Shown here piece after piece: positions 55,925 to 64,000 of a stretch of DNA of 64,000 nucleotides (position 1 is the first letter of the stretch; each line of letters begins with the position of its first letter). Position numbers and translations under genes: made by a program. The notes under the pieces are model-generated. The model was not told the origin of the DNA and did no database searches. It was given only the letters and a program-made list of their open reading frames with translations. The stretch comes from Adineta vaga (lineage: Eukaryota; Animalia; Rotifera), in the NCBI GenBank assembly GCA_021613535.1, contig CP075495.1:5146001-5210000 (forward strand). The letters are read 5' to 3'.

Positions 55925-57106
55925 ATGGAAGAAACATTTCCAAAATTATTTGATTGTCCTGATTATCTTCAAGGAAAATATTGTCATGCATTATGTAACT
56001 ATCGACATCAAACAGAAGAAGAAAATCAAGCTAGTAAGTTTTTTCTATTTTCTTTTTATGAAAATCTTGTTTCATTTATTATTAGTTGAACGCTATCGAG
56101 AATCACTGACATTCAGAGTTCATCCCAAACAATCGAAACGATTTGGTCCAGTATGTATCATTTCAGTATCTCTGAAGTTTATTTATTTCAACTTTCAATA
56201 GGTTTATATCATTGCTGGACCTGAACGTTCAGGTATATTTCAAAATCATTTTTGTTCTTTGAAACGTATCGTTTTTTAAAGGAACATCTTGGTTATTTAA
56301 TGCTGTTCGTTTGCTTCTTATTCATCAGGAATCTTCATTTGGTCCTGCTGATAGTTATCGTTTAAATCATATTACAAAAAGTGATATTGAAACACGTTTA
56401 ATCGAAGCATGTGGTCGACCATTAGTTGTACGTACAATGCGTATACCGGATTCTGATTGGGCTGAGACTCTCGATACTTCGGGACATGGTTATAAAGTAT
56501 TTGTTGCTCATCGAGATTTACGTGATGTTATCGATGATTGTTTAACAATTGGTAAAATAAATAAAATTGCAAAAAGAAATGAATCCTGTTTTTTCGAATT
56601 TAGGATGGATGAAACATAATCTTGGAGTGATTCTTTCAAGACTTAAGGCCTATATGACTGCCTATGAATATTGGCGTGCACTTGCTACAGGTGATTTTCG
56701 TTATGAAAATATTCATAGTGAACCAATTGAACAAATCAAACATCTTGCACGTTTAATTGGTATTGAAAGTTCTCATGCAGAACATATTGCTCTTGAAATC
56801 AATTCATTGAGACCAGGTCAAGCTGTTGGACCTGATCAAGTGTACGTACATATTTCATTCGAAGATAAATCTATAATTCTTGAGTACATATATTTTAGAA
56901 CAAAAATGTGGCCAGCTCAACGTGTTATTGAAACTTCACACGCCAAAGATGTTGATAACGGTGGGAACGAAACGAAAACGAATGGGAATGACGATAATGT
57001 TACTACAGTAGTTGTTGTACCAGAACAAGCAAAATTATTGGAAAGTGAACGAAAGAAAATTCGTGAGGCTCATAGCGAATATCATGATCGTTATGGTTAT
57101 GTTTGA
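55925..57106 (+). CDS. CCCH-like finger fused to a P-loop sulfotransferase-like domain
   Basis: CPDYLQGKYCHALCNYRH; 5'-PSB-like loop IAGPERSGTSWLFNAVR; 3'-PB-like HRDLRDV; FRYE..H.EP..QI..LA..IG; five short introns. Confidence 0.7.
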
Positions 57107-57824
57107 ATTCTGTGAAGACAAAAGAAAGCGTCTCTTCTAGTCAGATATAAACATTTTGAAAAGTTTCAGAATGAAATGAACAACAACTATGTATAAATAT
57201 CTGTATTCATTTGTTACTTAGTGACGACGTTTGTTTTTTTCTTTTTTTTATATATCTTATTATCAGATGAATATTTCCGCGATGTTATGTAAATGTTTTA
57301 TTTCTAAACTAATCATTAGATTCATAACTTGAAGGAAAACATATAATGTTTTATTCCAGAAAGGACATTTTATGTTATAGTATTTCGTATATGAATTGTA
57401 GTATCCAAAAAAGAAGGATATTTCAATCATTTTGAACTCTGGAAACAGTGAACTTTCGTTGATTGAATTGATTTAATCGATGTTTGTTCCATCCCGAATA
57501 TCATAATATTATCAAGAAAATGAGAAAGCTCACATCGCCATGGATTCTAACACTACAATATGATTACTTATGTACTTTTAAGGGAGAGAGAAAGAAAATA
57601 TTTTCTAGATGACTTTTAACGGAATTTAGATTACTTTACTCTGTTAGATTTTATGAACGTTCGACACTGAAATATTTATGTTAAACTTTCTTTGGTTCGG
57701 AATACTATTTGGAATATCTATATACTAAAACATTTTGCATATTCAAGAATCATGCACAGAGATATGTCATTCTTATCATTTGTTATTTGTTCGTGTCATG
57801 TATTTATTTTACATATTTACTTAT

Positions 57825-58964
57825 ATGGCTACATCAATACCAACATATCAAACACTAACTACTGTAATTTTAATAATTAATACAATTATCGAATTGTGTT
57901 TTTTCTCTGAATAGGTCGAAGCATTTCGAAAAGTAGTGAACAGTCATTTTTCTAGTAAGTTTTTCATTTATGATCGCTATTATTATTATTATTATTATTA
58001 TTGAAATATTCAATTCTCTAGAACAAATTACTGAAGGTCAAGCATATGATGCACGTGATATCAAACGCTTCAATGAAATCGATGAATATGCATTGATGTT
58101 TATACAACATATGCAATATGATAAGACTTTCGATGAACAGAAAGCATTACGTATTTTTCATGAAGCTATGGTATGGCGCAAACAGAACAATGTTTATGGT
58201 TAAAATCAAATTTATCCTTAGTTTCAAAACTATACAAATATTCATATTATAGACATTTCTACGAATCATTTTCCATCGAGTTATTTTGATCGACATGCAA
58301 TCTTCTTGCAAAATCATGATATGAATAACTTACCATTACGTAAGTAAAAGAAAAAGTACTTTATGTACAATTTCAAAATGGTTTTTATGTTTCATTGTAG
58401 TATATTTCGTTATCCGTGTTTTTCATAAAGGTCATGAAGATAATGAAGCTGTGAAACGTTTCATCACATATAATTTTGAAGAATATTTACGGACTCATCC
58501 TGGTCGACGTCTTGTTATTCTATTTGATTTACGAGAAATAGGTCTTGGGCATATAGTTAGTAGAATTTTCAATACATTTTCTTAATACTATTTTGACGCT
58601 TCTATATACATAGGACTACGATCTTGTTAAATACATTATAAACAGTTTAACGCATTATTATCCTGGTTTACTTGGTATGTCAATTTATTCGTCTCATATC
58701 GGATGTTTTTTTTTGTAACTTTGATTTCTCTAGCGTATATGCTTATCTATAAACAACCCTTCATCTTACAAGGTTAAAAGAAGTTTTTGATTTGAACATA
58801 TTTATGTGAGTTTTCTTTCAGCGGCTTGGCGATTGATTAGATCATGGTTACCAACTGAAACACGAAATTCGGTCAAATTCATTGATGAAAAAACTATAGT
58901 TCAATATGTTTCACTTGATCAATTACCGAAAGATATGGGTGGAATTGCAAATGATGCACTCTAA
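57825..58964 (+). CDS. CRAL-TRIO (Sec14-like) domain protein, MOSPD2-derived, copy 1
   Basis: YDARDIKRF..DEYA..F, WRKQNNVY, VILFDL..G..DY..VKYI..YYPGLL, AAWRLIRSWLP, QLPKDMGG; stop at 58962-58964. Confidence 0.8.
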
Positions 58965-59451
58965 TTACTATAGCAAATTTATTATTATGATCGTAGTATT
59001 TTTTTTCTTAAAATATCTAAACTTCAGATGATTAATAATCAGTATTTCCTTTTTAATCGACAGAAGCGTGACATAAAACTATTATATTTCAGATACGTTG
59101 TAGTTATATGACTAATGAGTAGAAATAAAAAGTACATGTCGAATAGAGTATATCGAATAGAATAAGAAGTATCGATTCTTACCTGTATTTGTAGTTGACC
59201 TTGCACTTTTCGTCCATATCATCGTTCTTAGCGTATACAATTTTCGATTATTGGAAAAGATTTCATGAATATTCTATTAATCATTCATCTTAATACGTAA
59301 AAAACTATCAATGCACTTATAAATAAATTTGAATATTTAGTACAATTGTCAAACGGATAATATAAAGCGGTGAGTTATTCATATCTACAAAGATTTGTTT
59401 CCCTAGATTTGATATTTTCTCTTACTCTAGAAATATTTAGTTTCCGATTCT

Positions 59452-60523
59452 ATGGCATCACTATCACTCCCGACGGTATGTTTTAATAATTAGCTAAAAT
59501 CAAATACACACGCTATTAATTTTAGGTCCAAGAATTTCGTCGACTAGTTCATAAATATTATTCAGGTATGATAGCTTATTGTTAAATATTATCTAAATTC
59601 TGTTCATTCAGGGGATTTCGATGAATATGATGAACGTGATATTGAACGTTTTGATAAAAAGGATTCATATACGTTGATGTTTATTCGTCATGGTCAGTAT
59701 GGAACGGTATTTAATGAACGTAGAGCATTGCAATATTTTCATGAAGCAATGAAATGGCGAAAGATTCATAAAGTTTATGGTATTCAAAGTTTGATCTATT
59801 CGATAGTCACATTATATGTTTTTCTGTATAGATATTTCATTTGATTCTTCTAACCGATGTGAAATCTATTATAAAAATCATGATCTTGATAACCATTCCA
59901 TTTGTAATCATCATCAAAATATTTTATTTAGTTAAAAAGATAATTCTTTTCATTTGTAGTGTATATGGCTTTTCGAACGATTATCAAAGATAGTGAAAAT
60001 CCACACGCTATTGAACGACTATTCATCTATCATTTTGAAGAACATTTACGTTCTTATCCAGGTGAATCGATTGTTATGCTAGTGGATATGACTGATACTG
60101 GTCTTAAACATGTGGTAAATTTTTCTAATTAGAATCAATTTTTCGACTAATTTTATTTCGTAAAGGATTATGAATTAGCAAAATTTATTATTTGTATTAC
60201 ACAAATCTACTATCCAAATTTAGTTCGTATGTGTACTTTTTTTTTAGAAATAATTTTATTCTTTTTTTTTAAAATCTATTTTAGTTTATATTCTTATGTA
60301 TAAATTACCAATGATTTTAACAAGTGAATCTTTCGTTTATATCTATTATAAAATCATAAATAAGATTGTCATTTCTCTTCTAGCAACATGGAACATAATT
60401 CAATCTTGGTTATTACCTGAATACCAACAAACTATTAAATTTGTTGATCAAAAATCAATTACACAATTTATTCAAGCTGATCAATTAACAATGATAGATA
60501 TTTCCGAGAATGATGAAAAGTAA
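59452..60523 (+). CDS. CRAL-TRIO domain protein, MOSPD2-derived, copy 2
   Basis: Same exon layout as copies 1 and 3. YDERDIERF, WRKIHKVY, MLVDMTDTGL, YYPNLV, MYKLP, WNIIQSWL. Confidence 0.8.
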
Positions 60524-61405
60524 TTTCATTGTATTTATCATTCTTTAACAAAGACATGTTTTTATTTTTATATAATAAAATAGTATTTCTTCTTCAAGAG
60601 AAAAGTCAAATCAATCAATTGTTTGTTTTGAAAATATGTGATGCACTGAGAAGAATAGAATATATATTAGGCTAGGTTTTCTCGTGTGAAATGTTATTAG
60701 AATGATCAGTATAGTATTAGAATTATGAAAATTTCCCCTGAGAACATCAAGTTTGCATATGAAATAATCGTTATGTCGAAAAAATGAATGCTAATCTCGT
60801 TGATCTGAGTAATTCAAACATTAGAAATGAGACATGTGTGAAATTTCGTTTTATTTCTTATCAAAAGTAATAATTATAATGATTTTTGTTGTAGATTCGC
60901 ACATTAATTTGAAGTCAAACTAAACTTTCAATATTACCGAAAATTGTGCATACATTGTTAATTTGATGACTTGTTCTTTTTGTGTTTTTTATTATTGATT
61001 ATATAAATATTGACGATTGTGTCTCTCGTTACTTTTTTTTATTCAAATAGAAATCATGAAGAGATATTAAGATTTGAAATTGCTATAAACGTTCTTACAG
61101 AAAAGATACTTTTCTTCTTCAAGTGCAAAACCAATATTTTAAAGCGAGAGAGAGAAAAGATTTGAATAACGGATATTCAACTTCATCAAAATGAATGTAT
61201 CTACTAATTGAAAGAAAAGGAAAAACAATTATTTTATTCTTTCAGATCATCTTTTAACGAAAAAAAAAACACTGTTTTTTTGCAAATTTCTTATCGTATG
61301 TTATTGTTGTGAAGTTATACTTATTCGTCCAACAGGTCTTATCTTGTTTTACTATAACATATATCATTCTTATTTTGCATTATTCGACCCTCTGTTTATC
61401 ATCAC

Positions 61406-64000
61406 ATGTCTTCATCGATTCCAACATTTCATGCATTGATATCAGTAGAATATGTTTTGCATTTATTTATTGAAATAATTTATTCCATTTTTGTTTAAAG
61501 GTCAAGCGTTTTCGAGAATCAGTCAACAGACATTTCGAAAGTATTGAGTTTCTGTAATATATCGTGCATAGCATAATGTTTTTTTTTTATCATCTAGAAC
61601 AAATTACTGAAGGTCAACTCTATGATCCACGCGATGTTCAACGTTTTAATGAAATTGATGAATATACAATGATGTTTATTCAACATGGTCAATTCGGAAC
61701 AACTTTTGATGAAGATCGAGCATTTAGCGTGTTTAATGCTTCATTAAGTTGGAGAAAAGAACATAATGTTTATGGTAAAAGAACAAACCAAAACGAAGTT
61801 TTGATCAAAATAAAACTAATATTGTCTTTAATCATTGTGCAAATAACAATTTTCTTCATTCTTTTATAGACATTTCTACAAATGAATTTCCTGCCAATTA
61901 TTTTGATCGACATGCGATCTACTTTAGAAATCATGACATGAATGATAATCCTATACGTAAAAATATATATTCTTGATCATTAAAATTGATTTGACCGAAA
62001 GATTATTCTTATTTCAGTTCATTTCGTTGTTCGAACATTTAATAAAGGTCAAGAAGATAACGAAGCTGTGAAACGTTTTATTACATATAATTTTGAAAGA
62101 CATATACGACGTTATCCTGGTCAAAGAATTATTATTCTATTTGATATGAGTGAAACTGGTCTTAAACATTTAGTTCGTTGTTTTTTTTAAAGAAACAACA
62201 ACAAATCAAAGACAATCATTTGTTTTATACTTGTAGGATTATGATTTGATTAAATTTATCATTGGTTGTGGACAAATCTATTATCCTGGTTTATTAGGTA
62301 TCTTCATATGTCATATCTGATCCTTTTCTTTCTCTCAATGTCATTTATTATAGCCTACATGCTTATCTACAAAATGCCATTCATTTTGACAGGTAAATAT
62401 TTTTGTGTTTTATAAAAAAAAAAGAAGAAGAGAAAAACAGAGTGAGAGTTATTTCATAGCGGCATGGAAAATAATTCGTTCTTGGTTGCCTACTGAAGCA
62501 GAACAATTTATTAAATTCGTTGATGCTAAGTCAATCACACAGTTTGTGCCAATCGATCAATTATCACTAACAATGGGCGGCAGTGTAAGTGAAAAAAAAC
62601 ATGATTGAATTAGTAGTGTGCATCCCAGATAAGAGAACACAAATAAGATAAGCGATGCGATCTGTTTTTTATTTTCATCTGATACATGTATGACACTTCA
62701 ATATGCTTCAATAGATAGAATGTTAGATTCCTACTGATTTTTAAAAGAATTCTATTATATCTATTTCCGTTCATCTTCATTCTCTTTCGAGACAATGCGA
62801 GTGAAAAACTAGAAATTAACTGATACATATATATATATAGAGGATTTGTGATCTACACGTGCTGTAGACATTCGTAGAACTATGAAACGTTGTTGTTATT
62901 CCATTTCTATACTCTTTATCTTCTTCATGTTATTTTTTTTCTCTCTCTCTCTCTTCTATTTTTGTCGATCTTACTACATGCGTCATCGTTTTCCATCCCT
63001 TCGTTTCTCGTTCTGTTATTTTTCACATCAGAATCGAGCATATAGGCACATATATAAAAAAAACGAGTGAACCTTGTTACTCTCTTTTTCTCAGTATGAA
63101 CGACAAAACGACAAGTCTACTAGCAGTATCGAAGAAAACGACGAAGAAAACGGCAATAAAAGAACGATGTCGACTATTGTAAGATCTGCAGTGGTAATAA
63201 CAACAACAGCGATAAAAGTTTTTCAGATTATTCAATAACTTCTAACAACATTCTCTAGTGTTTTATCTATTTAACCATGTCACACAAAATTCTCAATCTA
63301 AACGATGTATGTGAATAGGAAACGAAGATGCTCGAGAACGAGTTTCATTTTTTTTAATGTACTTAGCGTATAAATATTTGAATGAGATTTTATCTAAATA
63401 ATCGAAAAAACAAGAGATTAATTATATCGTTTTTTTTCGTACAGGAAATAATAAATCATTTAATCGACAATTATTCTCTTTTTTTTAGGATACAACAAAT
63501 CATGTTCATATTCAAGATCCAATAAATGACGCCGTCGAAGATCCAATGAATGCAAATTCAAAGAAAAAAGTTCATTCATTTCTTTCAAATATTATTCAAT
63601 TATCTTGTCAATTTAATTAGGTTACTTTTGCAGATACTGGTCTACTTGATTTACCTCTTTCATCAGAAACATCAGTGACAACGAATCATATTCCTAAAGT
63701 TGAATTATCACCCATTGCTGATCCATTAACTCCCGAAGAACCCCCGCATTCTTTATCTACATTTGAATCCTCACAATCAATACTTCGAAAAGTAAATATT
63801 GATAAACAGAATAGATAAAAAAGAAAAGTTTTTTATTTTATTTATAATTTCTTAGTCTATTCTACAAAAACCTACTTCAATTAATGGATGTGCAGGTGAA
63901 GAGAAAGTTTTTCATTCACTTGCGATTAGGTTTGTTAAGAAAATTCTTTCCGACATTTCTCCTTCTTTTAACGAAATATCTCTTTAGACCGTACGACGAA
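61406..64000 (+). CDS. MOSPD2: MOSPD2 (CRAL-TRIO + linker + start of MSP domain), 3' truncated by window end
   Basis: CRAL-TRIO exons end in ..TMGGS followed by a GTAAGT donor at 62585. Phase-0 acceptor opens an exon at 63489 (DTTNHV..KKK|VTFAD..SILRK|SILQK..VFHSLAI|PYDE), resembling the LHISPAEE start of the MOSPD2 MSP domain. Confidence 0.72.

Noticed and set aside
63095-63178. Possible 84-nt cassette exon in the long MOSPD2 intron
   Set aside because: Splice sites and phase are compatible, but there is no homology or other support; left uncalled.

Overview
AT-rich, gene-dense eukaryotic (metazoan) genomic DNA with many short (~50-60 nt) GT-AG introns. The style and gene content fit a bdelloid rotifer, but that assignment is an inference. 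Manual splicing supports about 23 protein-coding genes: the 3' end of CHMP1, a degenerate synaptotagmin-like gene, an ankyrin gene, a 4xRRM/2xCCCH/pseudokinase gene, a RING-less TRIM-like B-box/FN3/discoidin gene, two tandem C2H2 + MULE-type zinc-finger genes, a tight same-strand cluster (UROD, CNP, NELFCD, HYI, PSMA2), a low-complexity gene that needs a 4-nt microexon, an intronless SH3-SH2 tyrosine kinase, PRKX-like, IQCA1, KSR, a PIP5K, CCDC177-like, a CCCH-sulfotransferase fusion, and two CRAL-TRIO-only duplicates ahead of a full MOSPD2 that runs off the window. There is also one decayed, probably transposon-derived ORF. The most notable observations are the RNA-binding pseudokinase, mutually exclusive C1-domain exons and an apparent frameshift in KSR, the frame-restoring 4-nt microexon, the operon-like cluster with unpaired splice acceptors, and the domesticated MULE-type pair. 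No rRNA, tRNA or CRISPR array was recognised. Family calls rest on remembered motifs, not on database searches.
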